Of a DNA stretch of 64,000 bases, positions 1 to 9,655 are shown piece after piece. How positions within the stretch are numbered: position 1 is the first letter of the stretch; the number at the start of each line of letters is the position of its first letter. The notes under the pieces were generated by a model. That model was not told the origin of the DNA and did not search any database. It saw only the letters and a program-made list of their open reading frames with translations. This DNA comes from an uncultured bacterium (lineage in GTDB: Bacteria; Auribacterota; Erginobacteria; Erginobacterales; Erginobacteraceae): NCBI GenBank assembly GCA_963822585.1, contig CAWGIE010000019.1, positions 224,001 to 288,000 on the forward strand, in the 5' to 3' direction. The position numbers and the translations under genes were made by a program.

Positions 1-1
1 G

Positions 2-310
2 CGTTACGGCTACGCCTTCATCCTCGCCAACCGGTTTCTGCCGGGGACGCGGGCGGCGATCAGCTTCGTCTCCGGGCTGCTGGAACTCCGTCCCGCAAAA
101 ACCTTTTTCTGCGCGCTGGCCAGCGCGCTGCTTTGGAACACGCTGATCATCTTTATCGGGATGAAGGTGGGCGACAATATCGCCCTGATCGACCGCTGTC
201 TTTCAACCTACCGGAACGTCATCCTGCTGATCGCGGGTGGGGCGCTGGTGATCGCCGCCGGACGCTATCTCATTAACCGAAGTAGAAAGGAGCGCGGGCA
301 CGATTCATGA
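2..310 (+). CDS. DedA family membrane protein, 3' part (5' end outside window)
   Basis: Frame from nt 2 reads RYGYAFILANRFLPGTRAAISFVSG...SALLWNTLIIFIG, the DedA RF.PG.R motif; TGA at 308-310. Confidence 0.8.
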   Translation, partial: RYGYAFILANRFLPGTRAAISFVSGLLELRPAKTFFCALASALLWNTLIIFIGMKVGDNIALIDRCLSTYRNVILLIAGGALVIAAGRYLINRSRKERGHDS

Positions 311-319
311 CTCGACCGT

Positions 320-1426
320 TTACTCCTCCGGGGAGGGCCCTTCCTCTTCTCCGGCATAGAAGAGCATAAAGTAATTATCCAGTCTTCCCCGGGAGCCTCT
401 CAGGAGATCAACCAGGTAATACCTGCCCGCCAGCCCCTCGTACCCTTCGGTGAACCGGCCGAAGAATACCGCCCCGCGGCCCGCCTCATTGATGATCAAA
501 ACCCGGATCGTTCGTGCTTCCGGGTCCTCATCTTCCACCGTGTATCCGGCATCGTATAATCTCCCTGTCATTACCTCCCGGAATCGGCCGGCGTTGGTAA
601 AATAAACATGCTGGAGATCTTTTCCGGCGACGCGGGATTCCTCGAAGGATGAGATGGCCTTTTCCGATATCCAATGACCGACCAATGCCTCCGCCGGCGT
701 CCGAACGTTCCTCTCTTTTCCCGCGAGGGAAGATAACCTGAAGTAATAGGTCCACTCCCTGAATTCTCCGGTTTCGTCATCCTCCTTCGGTTCCTGATAC
801 AGCCATTCCCCATCCTCCAGTCCGGCGGCGAAATTGCCCTCACATTTCAGCTGCCCGTCTTCATACCATAATCGCCAGGGCCCGTTTTCCAGCCCATCCT
901 GGTACGCCCCCTCCTGGGCCCGGCGCCCGTTCTCGTACCAATAGGTCCAGGGACCATCCTGCTTCCCCCGGACGTACGCCCCTTCCCGCCTTTTTTGTCC
1001 GCCGGGATCATTGTAACGGTAGATCCAGGGGCCATTTTCCACCCCCGCCCCATACCATCCTTCTTTCCAGTCAAGGCCGTTTTTATACCAGAACTTCCAG
1101 AGTCCGTTCCGGCGGCCAAACTCGTCGAACGAACCCTTCTTCTCCCTGATCCCGTTATCGTACCAGTACGACCACTCTCCGACCCGAACGCCCCCCCTGA
1201 ACTCCCCTTCCATCATTTTCTGTCCGCTTCGATACCAGTAGGTCCAGGGACCGGATTCCCGATAATAATCCCCACCCGGGATCCCGGTCACCTCCACTCT
1301 TCCCAGCGCGCGGGGACGACCCGGCCCCCACAGACGGAGAGGGCAATCGGCCTGGGCCGTGCGGGAAAAGTGATCCGGCAACATCGCTACTCCGGCCAGG
1401 AGAATGAATAATGAAATCTTTTTCAT
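320..1426 (-). CDS. Exported MORN-variant (YwqK-like) repeat protein
   Basis: Signal peptide followed by repeated G.W..WY.NG....EG.Y..G units. Confidence 0.8.
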   Translation of the reverse strand: MKKISLFILLAGVAMLPDHFSRTAQADCPLRLWGPGRPRALGRVEVTGIPGGDYYRESGPWTYWYRSGQKMMEGEFRGGVRVGEWSYWYDNGIREKKGSFDEFGRRNGLWKFWYKNGLDWKEGWYGAGVENGPWIYRYNDPGGQKRREGAYVRGKQDGPWTYWYENGRRAQEGAYQDGLENGPWRLWYEDGQLKCEGNFAAGLEDGEWLYQEPKEDDETGEFREWTYYFRLSSLAGKERNVRTPAEALVGHWISEKAISSFEESRVAGKDLQHVYFTNAGRFREVMTGRLYDAGYTVEDEDPEARTIRVLIINEAGRGAVFFGRFTEGYEGLAGRYYLVDLLRGSRGRLDNYFMLFYAGEEEGPSPEE

Positions 1427-1428
1427 TA

Positions 1429-1523
1429 GAACTTAGCTTCGCAACTGCGGGAGGGCACGGCGGCCCTCCCCTACGTAGGGGCCAACCGCTGTGTCGGCCC
1501 GATTTATTGAAATTCCGAAACAG
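1429..1523 (+). mobile_element. Non-autonomous IS91-like mini-element with REP-like cargo
   Basis: Starts GAAC-TTAGCTTCGCAACT (hairpin), ends TTGAAATTCCGAAACAG followed by CAAG; interior holds GTAG-type REP-like palindromes. Confidence 0.55.
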
Positions 1524-1636
1524 CAAGTTAGCGCCTACGGCGCAACTTGCAGTGTAAAGTGTAATGTTTAAAGTGTAATGAAACTTTCCACTTTACCCCT
1601 TACACTGCACACTACGTTATTGAAATTCCGAAGCAG
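1524..1636 (+). mobile_element. 113-bp IS91-like mini-element (7-mer AGTGTAA cargo), copy 1
   Basis: About 93-94% identical by hand alignment to 20265-20377 and to the reverse complement of 4138-4250; CAAG plus hairpin at the left, TTGAAATTCCGAAGCAG|TAAA at the right. Confidence 0.7.
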
Positions 1637-1720
1637 TAAATGAACTCGCCTCTCATTTTTCGGCTTCCCCGCCGCGCCCCGAAGCCTTAATCGGGGAAGT
1701 ATTACTCGGGGATAAAAAAT

Positions 1721-2833
1721 TTAAGGCCCATAACCGCTTTCCTGTATTGTGATGCCTTCTTCAAAAAGAACCTCGATAAAAAGAATCAGCGAGGGGGTCG
1801 CGTTTTCCCAGTATTCCCGGAAATTTTCATTGTCGTCCGGGACTTCGCGCTTCCAGGTCAGACGGGGAGCGATACCGATCCGGAACCAGGGACGCCAGAG
1901 GGAACGATAGTAGCGAAGCGTGAGCTGGTGTTGGTTATCCTTGAAAGAGGGCCAGGTGTGAAAATTGCTCTCCCACTCCAGGCTGACCGCGTAATTGGTG
2001 CCGTGGCGGATGTCAAAGCTCAGGTATTGCAGATTGAACTCCTGGGAAATATCGATCCCGTTGCTGGTGTTCGAATAAGTCGCCTGACTGTAGCTCCGGG
2101 CCAGGAAACGGGAACCGAGATAACGGTTAATCTCCAGTTTGGTCGTCTCGCCCGGACCATCATCAGTATAATAATAAACGTATTGTATCGGCCGGAAAAG
2201 CCACCGCCCGGCGACATGGGTATACTGGAGACGGGGTTTGATATAGACCACCGGGGGGAACGTGAATTGCAGGCCCAGGTTGGTGGCGAACTGCCATTCT
2301 CTTGTTTGCGCGTGGCGGATGCGCAGTCCGGCCGTGAAGTTACTGTCTGAGTCGGGATCCTCCCGGTCAAAATAATCCTGGTCGTCCTCATACTCATCAT
2401 CGCTGTCGCTCCCGATAAAGACACCCAGCCTGTTCTCCAGAAGCGGAAGGGGAGCAAACGCCTGGAAGCGGTTTTTAAATGCGAACTCCGGGCCCTCCTT
2501 CAGCTCGCCCCCCAGGCGGGCCTGCAGCCACGGCTTATCAAGCTCGGACTCCAGCGTGTCGGGGTCTCCGAACCAATTGTCGAACGAGAATACCCGGCCG
2601 GCCATGAATGACGACGTCCAGTCGTGAGCGGCATCGACGAACGTTCCCCCGGGGGGGGCAGTCGGGGACGGTGACACCGAGGGGGGGGACGAGTCGGCGG
2701 CCGGGGAGGGTTCCCCCCGGACATCCGGGGTTGCCGTCGGCGTCGGAACGGCTCCTTCCGCCCGGCCCTTGATCCCCCCGATCGTCAGTGCCGGCAGAAC
2801 AAGTCCAATAGTGATTTTTGCCGCACACTTCAT
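1721..2833 (-). CDS. Putative outer-membrane beta-barrel protein, paralog of 2851-4023
   Basis: Signal peptide, Pro/Ser/Thr linker, alternating amphipathic strands; shares ATYSNTSNG, AVSLEWES, HTWPS and WRPW motifs with its neighbour. Confidence 0.6.
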   Translation of the reverse strand: MKCAAKITIGLVLPALTIGGIKGRAEGAVPTPTATPDVRGEPSPAADSSPPSVSPSPTAPPGGTFVDAAHDWTSSFMAGRVFSFDNWFGDPDTLESELDKPWLQARLGGELKEGPEFAFKNRFQAFAPLPLLENRLGVFIGSDSDDEYEDDQDYFDREDPDSDSNFTAGLRIRHAQTREWQFATNLGLQFTFPPVVYIKPRLQYTHVAGRWLFRPIQYVYYYTDDGPGETTKLEINRYLGSRFLARSYSQATYSNTSNGIDISQEFNLQYLSFDIRHGTNYAVSLEWESNFHTWPSFKDNQHQLTLRYYRSLWRPWFRIGIAPRLTWKREVPDDNENFREYWENATPSLILFIEVLFEEGITIQESGYGP

Positions 2834-2850
2834 TTTATCATACTATCACA

Positions 2851-4023
2851 TTAAAGTGTCTCTTCACCATTTTTAAAGAACAGGTCCTCGAAGAGGATCT
2901 CCACATAGAGAAAGAGCACGGGGGCGCCGTTTTTCCAGTAATCGGGAAAGTCCATCTCGTCATCATCGGCGGTAATTCGTTCCCAGAGTATTGATGGACC
3001 ATACTCCAGGCGAAGCCAGGGACGCCAGATATGATGACGGATCCGAAGCCAGGCCTGGTGCTGAAAAAACTTGGAAGAGGGCCAGGTGTGGCCGCTGCTC
3101 TCCCATTCCAGGCTGACCGCGAAATGGGGATAATCGTCCTGCAGGAAATCGACATACTGAACCGCGAATCCCTGTGAAAAGTCGACGCCGTTGCTGGTAT
3201 TGGAATAAGTGGCGTCGGTCTCGGCGCGGAGAAGCCAGCGTTTCCCGGCGGAATAATCGATCTCGAAATCGGTCTCTTCGCCCAAGCCGTCGTCGCTGTA
3301 CCAGAAGACATACTGCCGGGGCTCTAAATAAAAACGCCCGGAGGGTATCTCCAGCTTGGCCATCGGCCGGATAAAAACATCCGGACTGTTGAAATTCAAT
3401 TTGGCCCCGACGTTGATATTCGATTTCAGGTGCGGGAGGTCATTAAAATGATAGCGGAGACCGGCGCTGGCGGTATGACCGGAGGGGGTATCGAAATAAT
3501 TGGGGTCGTCCTCGGGGTTGCCGTCTTCATCGGTCCCCAGGAAAGTTCCCAGCCGCCGCTCCAGGATGGGAAGCGGGAAATAAAAATGGAAACGCTGTTT
3601 CCACTTCAGCTTTTCCCCGTCCTGCCACTCCACCCCTCCCCGGACCAGGATCTGCGGGTCCTTGGCGTCCTCCTCCAGCTTGGAGCTTCCGAAGTAGCTA
3701 TCGAATTTGTAGACCTCCGCCGCCACCAGGTGGGAGATCGACCGATGGACCTTGTCGACTTTTGTCTCCTGGAGTGAACCGGGCACGGGGGTTGTCCAGT
3801 GCGGCGGTGTCGGCGTTATCACCCTTATGGAGGTCGGGGTCGGTGAGGGAGAAAGGATCGTCGTCCGGGATGGTAACGGGGAGCAGGGGGGCGACGGCAT
3901 CGAAGGAGTCGGTCCGGTTTCCGGTGAAGCAAAGATCATTTTAGCGGCGGAAAGCGTGATCAGAATAGCTGACACCCCGGCCATAGGGAGAAGACGCTTA
4001 CTGAGGAGGTTATATCCTGCCAT
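2851..4023 (-). CDS. Putative outer-membrane beta-barrel protein, paralog of 1721-2833
   Basis: Same motif set and architecture as the downstream ORF. Confidence 0.6.
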   Translation of the reverse strand: MAGYNLLSKRLLPMAGVSAILITLSAAKMIFASPETGPTPSMPSPPCSPLPSRTTILSPSPTPTSIRVITPTPPHWTTPVPGSLQETKVDKVHRSISHLVAAEVYKFDSYFGSSKLEEDAKDPQILVRGGVEWQDGEKLKWKQRFHFYFPLPILERRLGTFLGTDEDGNPEDDPNYFDTPSGHTASAGLRYHFNDLPHLKSNINVGAKLNFNSPDVFIRPMAKLEIPSGRFYLEPRQYVFWYSDDGLGEETDFEIDYSAGKRWLLRAETDATYSNTSNGVDFSQGFAVQYVDFLQDDYPHFAVSLEWESSGHTWPSSKFFQHQAWLRIRHHIWRPWLRLEYGPSILWERITADDDEMDFPDYWKNGAPVLFLYVEILFEDLFFKNGEETL

Positions 4024-4051
4024 GACGAGGGCTTGTGTAGTGCGCGCTCAA

Positions 4052-4105
4052 GTAGTGCAGGGCTTCAGCCCTGCCCGGCCAAGCAGGGCTGAAGCCCTGC
4101 ACTAC
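4052..4105. repeat. GTAG-type REP doublet (REPIN-like)
   Basis: GTAGTGCAGGGCTTCAGCCCTGC...GCAGGGCTGAAGCCCTGCACTAC; relatives at 9489 and 37136. Confidence 0.7.
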
Positions 4106-4137
4106 GAGGTTGTCCAGCCGGAGGAGGGGCTACCTTG

Positions 4138-4250
4138 CTGCTTCGGAATTATAATAACGTAGTGTGAAGTGTACGGTGTAAAGTGGAAAGTTTCATTACA
4201 CTTTAAACATTACACTTTACACTACAAGTTGCGCCGAAGGCGCTAACTTA
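4138..4250 (-). mobile_element. 113-bp IS91-like mini-element, copy 2 (inverted)
   Basis: Reverse complement of 1524-1636; CAAG lies beyond the ori-like end (CTTG at 4134-4137). Confidence 0.7.
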
Positions 4251-4712
4251 TCATTCCAGCAGATGGGGACAGATCGAAAAAAGCACCTGCCAGCAACCTT
4301 CCCCGTTCCGCTCCAATCCGACGATCTCCCCCGGTTCAAAACGGAAGATCTGCAATTCATCGGGGCAGCCCAGGAGCAGATTGGCTAACCGGGAGAGGAA
4401 GGGGAGATGACCGACCAGCAGCAGGTCTTCGTCCCGGTCGATGATGTCTCCCCTGACCGGGATGACCGGATCGAGGGGTGCCAAACCCGATTTCTCCAGA
4501 AGGCGGCTGGTTCCCCCCGCTTGGGCGATTATCTCGGCGGTCTCCCGGACCCGGGCCTTCTCACTGTGCCAGATCTCGGGGATGAATAACCCGTTCTGTT
4601 CCAGAAAACGCCCGATAGTGGCGACGTCAAGACGCCCCCGCTCCGTCAGCCTTCTCTCCGGGTCCTTTTCCTTCGGCTGCGGTTCCCCGTGACGGACTAA
4701 GTATAGTTTCAT
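4251..4712 (-). CDS. sixA: Phosphohistidine phosphatase SixA
   Basis: MKLYLVRHGE, R.LT..G, S...R..ETA and VGHLP motifs; 153 aa. Confidence 0.85.
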   Translation of the reverse strand: MKLYLVRHGEPQPKEKDPERRLTERGRLDVATIGRFLEQNGLFIPEIWHSEKARVRETAEIIAQAGGTSRLLEKSGLAPLDPVIPVRGDIIDRDEDLLLVGHLPFLSRLANLLLGCPDELQIFRFEPGEIVGLERNGEGCWQVLFSICPHLLE

Positions 4713-5007
4713 GATCTCCCTCCTTCAGAGTCGACAGAAACGCCCTGCATCGCCGGTACCTCCTCACCCCGGTAATCCCGGTCAGGAAAGCTAGGGGGAG
4801 GAAAAAACATCCGATGATTATCAGGACGGTGTTCTCGAAAAATTTAATAAAAGACACCCCGGCCACAAACAGGGTCAGCGAGAGCCGAAGATGTGCCAGA
4901 AGAGTTCTCTCGTTGGCGAGGATTGTCCGGTCGGCGGCCAGGTGATCGCGGACGTCGGTCAGGTTGCACCATATGTTTTTTCGCTGCTCTGCCACCGTAT
5001 CCTGCAT
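4627..5007 (-). CDS. DUF202 (YidH/Vtc1-like) membrane protein
   Basis: DHLAADRTILANERTLLAHLR motif followed by two hydrophobic helices; 3' end overlaps the sixA start. Confidence 0.8.
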   Translation of the reverse strand: MQDTVAEQRKNIWCNLTDVRDHLAADRTILANERTLLAHLRLSLTLFVAGVSFIKFFENTVLIIIGCFFLPLAFLTGITGVRRYRRCRAFLSTLKEGDHETILSPSRGTAAEGKGPGEKADGAGAS

Positions 5008-5012
5008 CCTTT

Positions 5013-5717
5013 TTACAGATCAAAAAACTCGTAGAGCGTCTCCACCCGAGGGGCGTAGAGGTCGACCGATTCCTTCAATGTCTGCTGCGCGGCGAAACTT
5101 CCCAGGCCGAAAGCGGTTCCGATGGAGATCACCTCGTCGATATGGTCTAAGGGATTATCGCCGATGGTGATCGCTTCCCCGAAAGACCGGTTATACTGTT
5201 GAAGAATATACCGGATGGCGGCCGGTTTCTTCCCCTCGATGATCTTGTCTTTGCGTAGCTTGGTCACGCTGAAATAGCCGTCTACCGGTATCCGGTAATG
5301 CCGCATCCATTTCCCATCCCCTTCGCTGGCCGTGAGGATGATGATCAGGCTCCCCGATTTCTTCAGCTTTCGGATAAAGGCATCCATCCCCGGGATCAGG
5401 GCGTTGAACCGGACATGCCGGTAGTTATCCAGGTAGAATTGCCAACTGACCTCGCCCACCTCCACCAGTTGAACTTCGGTCAAACGAGGATAGTATACCT
5501 CGTAGATCCCTGTCCGCGCGAAAGGATGGTAGGCTCTGGTGAATGCCTCCTCGGAGAGTTTCGCCGCCGGCGGATAGGTCTGCGATATTACCTTTTCAAA
5601 CGCCTCCTCATAGCACCCGTAAGCTATCTCCCGGCTGGAAATAATCGTAGCGTCCCTATCCAGGATAATCAGCCATCCCCGGGACGGCAGGGGCAATGAT
5701 AGGTCTTTTTTTGTCAT
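5013..5717 (-). CDS. HAD-superfamily hydrolase
   Basis: Motif I IILDRDATI, motif II ILTAS, KP and IGDNPLD. Confidence 0.75.
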   Translation of the reverse strand: MTKKDLSLPLPSRGWLIILDRDATIISSREIAYGCYEEAFEKVISQTYPPAAKLSEEAFTRAYHPFARTGIYEVYYPRLTEVQLVEVGEVSWQFYLDNYRHVRFNALIPGMDAFIRKLKKSGSLIIILTASEGDGKWMRHYRIPVDGYFSVTKLRKDKIIEGKKPAAIRYILQQYNRSFGEAITIGDNPLDHIDEVISIGTAFGLGSFAAQQTLKESVDLYAPRVETLYEFFDL

Positions 5718-5849
5718 ATCTTATTTTTCCTCCGGAAAAATAAAGATATAAAAAGTGCGGATCAGCATCTCTGTCTTCGATGGTATCGTATAATTATATG
5801 GGATGAACAACAGTGTCAAGCAATTAATACAGGCGGTTTCAGTTTCTGA

Positions 5850-6713
5850 TTATTCCAGTTCGGGATGCAGCATCATCGGCGCTCGCCATTTGGTATCGAA
5901 CCCCAGTTTCTTCAGCAGGACGATCCCCTCTTTGATCCCCTGCCCGGCCGTTGCCGCACTGTGGGCGTCATCGCCGGGAACGACGGCGATGCCCCGTTCC
6001 CGGGCCATTTCCAGGATAGGGTGACACGGGTACGGTTCTCCCTTTCCCGGCAGTTCCCGGCAGTCACAGTCGAGAATAAGGTCCAGTTCCCCGATCCGGT
6101 CCAGATTACGACGGAGACGAGCCGCGATCCCGGGTCGCGCCAGCCGGTCGCGGTAGTCCGGATCAAATATCCTGATCAGGTCAAAATGGCCCACCACCGC
6201 CGGGTGAAGGGTGTCAATCATCTCCAGCTGCAGATCGAAATACCGGCAGTAGAGAGCGTCAAGACCGTCCGCCTGACGGACGGCTTCCTCGTACTTCTCG
6301 CGGGAGTAGTCAAAGGGAACCTCGCCGACATGGTGAACGGAACCGACGATATAGTCGGGCCGGAATGTTTTGATCAGACCCCGGACTGCCATCCGGTAAC
6401 CACTGAAGCTCTCCGTCTCCAACCCCAGGTAGATGGTCAGCCGGGGGGCGTATTTCTTCTGTAGTTCGCGCCCCGCGGTCATGTAACGGGCGAAGCGCCG
6501 GTAGACGGCGGCGGCGTCGAGGCCGGATTTGACCTCCTCCGGAAAGAGGTACCGGTCGCTGACCGGGGGCATGTGTTCCGTGATGCCGACGCGATGGAAT
6601 CCCCGTTCAATATACGCCCGGACCACCTCCTCCAGGGTATCCTTGGCGTGACCGCAAAACTCCCCGCTGTGACCGCCATGTAATGAGATTAGATCTATAC
6701 TATTATCAACCAC
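5850..6713 (-). CDS. Histidinol-phosphatase, PHP (HisJ/HisK) family
   Basis: HGGHSGEFCGHA, ITEHMP, GSVHH, GHFDLI and GDDAH metal-binding motifs. Confidence 0.85.
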   Translation of the reverse strand: MVDNSIDLISLHGGHSGEFCGHAKDTLEEVVRAYIERGFHRVGITEHMPPVSDRYLFPEEVKSGLDAAAVYRRFARYMTAGRELQKKYAPRLTIYLGLETESFSGYRMAVRGLIKTFRPDYIVGSVHHVGEVPFDYSREKYEEAVRQADGLDALYCRYFDLQLEMIDTLHPAVVGHFDLIRIFDPDYRDRLARPGIAARLRRNLDRIGELDLILDCDCRELPGKGEPYPCHPILEMARERGIAVVPGDDAHSAATAGQGIKEGIVLLKKLGFDTKWRAPMMLHPELE

Positions 6714-6820
6714 CGATACGTTCCTTTGTGTCTAATAGTCGATAAGGCCAGCAGATAAAATCCCAAATAACAAACAAATCTCACATTCAAAACTAATATT
6801 TTTCCGAAGGAAAAATATTA

Positions 6821-7975
6821 TTACCACTTGTCTTGAAGAGTATAGGCTAAATGCGGGGTGAAGAGCCCCGGATCGAGAAGAAACGCGTCATGTCCCTTTT
6901 CCGAATGCACCGTGATATGCTGCGAAGGGACACGGCACTTCTGGAGCATTTTCATCAGTTGTTCCTGTTCTTCCGGGTAAAAACAGACATCGGAATCGAT
7001 GCTGAACACCAGGAACCGCTGACGGCGGCAGCGGCTGAAGGCGGCGGAAAAGCCCCGGGCCTGGGCGTCCTTGACCAGGTCGAAATTCTGCCAGAGATCC
7101 ATGATCCGGAGATAGGTATTGGCATCGAACCGGTGCACGAACTTCCGGGCCTGGTGCAGCATATAGGATTCCACCGGGTGATTAATTCGATAACCGCTCT
7201 TGCGGGCGCCGGCATCGTCCACCACCTCCCGCCGGGCCCGGAGGGAGAGTGTCCGCAGGGAAACGAACGTTTTGTGAGAGATCATCCGGGCCAGGGAAAG
7301 ACCCTTCACCGGAGGCGTCCCCCCGTAATAATTGCCCTTCCTGAAGTTCGCGTCTTCCTCGATGGCATAGATCTGTTCAAAGTTGTGGATGCGCTGGAGA
7401 ATGGTGACCGACATCCCGGCGGCGATCGGGATGACGGTCCTGACCCGGTTCGGGTAACGGACAGCCAGGTTCAGGGCCAGCATCCCGCCCAGGGAACCTC
7501 CCGCGACGGCATGAAGCTGGTTGATCCCCAGGTGCTCGATCAGGCGTATCTGTGAATCCACGATGTCGTTGGCGGAGACCCGGGGAAAGGAACCCCCGTA
7601 GGGCTTGCCGGTGCGGGGATTCCGGGATCGGGGCCCGGTCGTACCGTAGCACCCGCCGATATAGTTGGCGCAGATGACGAAGAACTGGCGGGTATCCAGG
7701 GCCTTTCCCGGGCCGATAAAACCGCTCCACCATCCGGTCCGACACTCATCACACCAGAGAGAACCCACGCCGGGAACCGACGGATTGTAGCCGGCCGCGT
7801 GCTGGCTGCCGGAAAGGGCGTGAAAGAGGAGAACGGCATTGTCGCGGGCGGCCGAGAGGGTCCCGTAGGTCTCGTAGGCGAGGGTCAGCGGGCCGAACCC
7901 GGGGGCGTTCTGGAGTGAAAACCCGTTGCCCTTTCCCTTTTTCAGTGAAAGGAATTGTGTCTTTACCTCTTTCAC
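6821..7975 (-). CDS. metX: Homoserine O-acetyltransferase (MetX family)
   Basis: AYETYG, HALSG, GPGKALDT, GGSLGG nucleophile, RFDANTY and GHDAFL; GTG start; follows metY. Confidence 0.9.
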   Translation of the reverse strand: MKEVKTQFLSLKKGKGNGFSLQNAPGFGPLTLAYETYGTLSAARDNAVLLFHALSGSQHAAGYNPSVPGVGSLWCDECRTGWWSGFIGPGKALDTRQFFVICANYIGGCYGTTGPRSRNPRTGKPYGGSFPRVSANDIVDSQIRLIEHLGINQLHAVAGGSLGGMLALNLAVRYPNRVRTVIPIAAGMSVTILQRIHNFEQIYAIEEDANFRKGNYYGGTPPVKGLSLARMISHKTFVSLRTLSLRARREVVDDAGARKSGYRINHPVESYMLHQARKFVHRFDANTYLRIMDLWQNFDLVKDAQARGFSAAFSRCRRQRFLVFSIDSDVCFYPEEQEQLMKMLQKCRVPSQHITVHSEKGHDAFLLDPGLFTPHLAYTLQDKW

Positions 7976-8043
7976 ATCTATCTCCTGTCTTACATAATAA
8001 TCGCCACGCCAAAATCATTATTAAACCACAAAGGACACGATTA

Positions 8044-8130
8044 GGGAATGGGGAATGGGGAATGGGGAATGGGGAATGGGGAATGGATTATAATCTCCCC
8101 TCTATTCCCCATTCTCTATTCTCCATTCCC
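8044..8130. repeat. 7-mer tandem-repeat hairpin: (GGGAATG)x6 paired with four YATTCYC units
   Basis: Six perfect GGGAATG units, then four complementary units, between metY and metX. Confidence 0.85.
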
Positions 8131-8155
8131 CGAAGGTCCTTCGTGGCAATTTGAT

Positions 8156-9439
8156 TTACTGGGAGGCTGACAGGGCCCGATCGATATCTTCGAGAATATC
8201 GTCGATATGCTCCAAGCCGATCGAGAGCCGGACCAGTTCAGGGGTGATGCCCCCGGCCCGCTGTTGCTCCTCCGAAAGCTGCGAGTGAGTCGTACTGGCC
8301 GGATGGATGGCCAGCGACTTGGCATCGCCGACATTGGCCAGATGTGAAATAAGCTGGAGATGGTTAATGAAAGAGGCGCCGGCGGCGGTGCCACCGCGAA
8401 TTCCGAAGACCACCATACCCCCGAATCCCCTGGTAAGATATCGCCGGGCGACCGGATAGGTCGGATCATCCGCCAACCCCGGGTAACGGACCCACTCCAC
8501 TCGCGGATGTTCCTGCAGATGCCGGGCCACGGCCAGGGCGTTCTCACTGTGCCGTGCCATCCGCAGCGGCAGCGTTTCTATTCCCTGGAGAAATATCCAG
8601 GCGTTGTCGGGCGAGAGGCAGGCTCCCAGGTTTCGGAGCGGGACCAGGCGCATCCTGAGAATAAAAGCCAGCGGGGACAGATCCCCCAGATCGTGGGCGT
8701 ACCGAAGGCCGTGATAGCTCGAATCGGGTTCCGTCAACAGAGGGAAATCACCCTTCTTCCAATCAAACCGGCCTGAATCGACAACGATCCCTCCGATCCC
8801 CGCGCCGTGCCCCCCCAGCCATTTGGTCAGCGAGTGGACAACGATATCGGCGCCATGATCGAGCGGCCGGAGCAGATACGGGGTGGTGAAGGTGGAGTCG
8901 ACGACGAGCGGAATGCCATGGGCATGCGCGATCTTCGAGATTTCTTCCAGATCGGCTACGTCAAGACCGGGGTTGCCAATCGTTTCACAGTAAAGGAGCC
9001 GGGTGCGCGGAGTGATGGCCTCTTCAAAATTACCCGGGACGCGGGGATCGACGAAACGGGTTGTAATGCCGAACCGGGGAAGAATGGAATCGAATTGGGT
9101 ATATGTCCCTCCGTAAAGGTTGTTGGCCGAGACTACCTCGTCCCCGCTCTGGCAGACGTTAATGACGCTGTAAAAAATACCGCTGGTTCCCGAGGCCAGC
9201 GCCAGAGCCGCGGCTCCTCCCTCCAGGGCGGCAACCCGTTGTTCGAGGACATCACAGGTCGGGTTCATGATCCGGCTGTAGATGTTTCCCAGCTCCTTCA
9301 AACCGAAAAGGTCGGCCGCGTGCTTGGTATCCCGGAAAAGATAGGAACTGGTCCTGTATACGGGCACTCCCCGGGACAGGGTGGTGGGATCGGGCACCTG
9401 CCCGGCGTGCAGACATTGCGTTTCGAGTTTCATGGCCAT
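8156..9439 (-). CDS. metY: O-acetylhomoserine aminocarboxypropyltransferase (sulfhydrylase)
   Basis: GNIYSRIMNPT, LYGGT, HSLTKWLGGHG (PLP Lys), LANVGDAKSL and HPASTTH; AAGGAGG before the ATG at 9439. Confidence 0.92.
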   Translation of the reverse strand: MAMKLETQCLHAGQVPDPTTLSRGVPVYRTSSYLFRDTKHAADLFGLKELGNIYSRIMNPTCDVLEQRVAALEGGAAALALASGTSGIFYSVINVCQSGDEVVSANNLYGGTYTQFDSILPRFGITTRFVDPRVPGNFEEAITPRTRLLYCETIGNPGLDVADLEEISKIAHAHGIPLVVDSTFTTPYLLRPLDHGADIVVHSLTKWLGGHGAGIGGIVVDSGRFDWKKGDFPLLTEPDSSYHGLRYAHDLGDLSPLAFILRMRLVPLRNLGACLSPDNAWIFLQGIETLPLRMARHSENALAVARHLQEHPRVEWVRYPGLADDPTYPVARRYLTRGFGGMVVFGIRGGTAAGASFINHLQLISHLANVGDAKSLAIHPASTTHSQLSEEQQRAGGITPELVRLSIGLEHIDDILEDIDRALSASQ

Positions 9440-9488
9440 TTCCTCCTTATAAAAATAGATTTGAATAATAGACCGGACAATAAACATC

Positions 9489-9543
9489 GTAGTGCAGGGC
9501 CTTATCCCTGCCCGAACAAAGCAGGATTGAAGTCTTGCACTAC
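9489..9543. repeat. GTAG-type REP doublet
   Basis: GTAGTGCAGGG...TGCACTAC, related to 4052-4105. Confidence 0.65.
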
Positions 9544-9655
9544 GAGATCGCGCTCACGGCGCTATCTTGTTTATATGTATTATAGGTAATATATCAATAT
9601 TATTTATATATGCAAGGGAAATCTCCGCTCACGGTGACAAAAGGGAAAAATTGCT

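Noticed and set aside
4138..4250. Group II intron remnant (hairpin ending in AAC)
   Set aside because: No domain V catalytic-triad helix, no GUGYG start and no bulged A
9440..9655. SAM riboswitch or T-box upstream of metY
   Set aside because: No recognisable conserved motifs; the region is a REP doublet plus AT-rich promoter DNA
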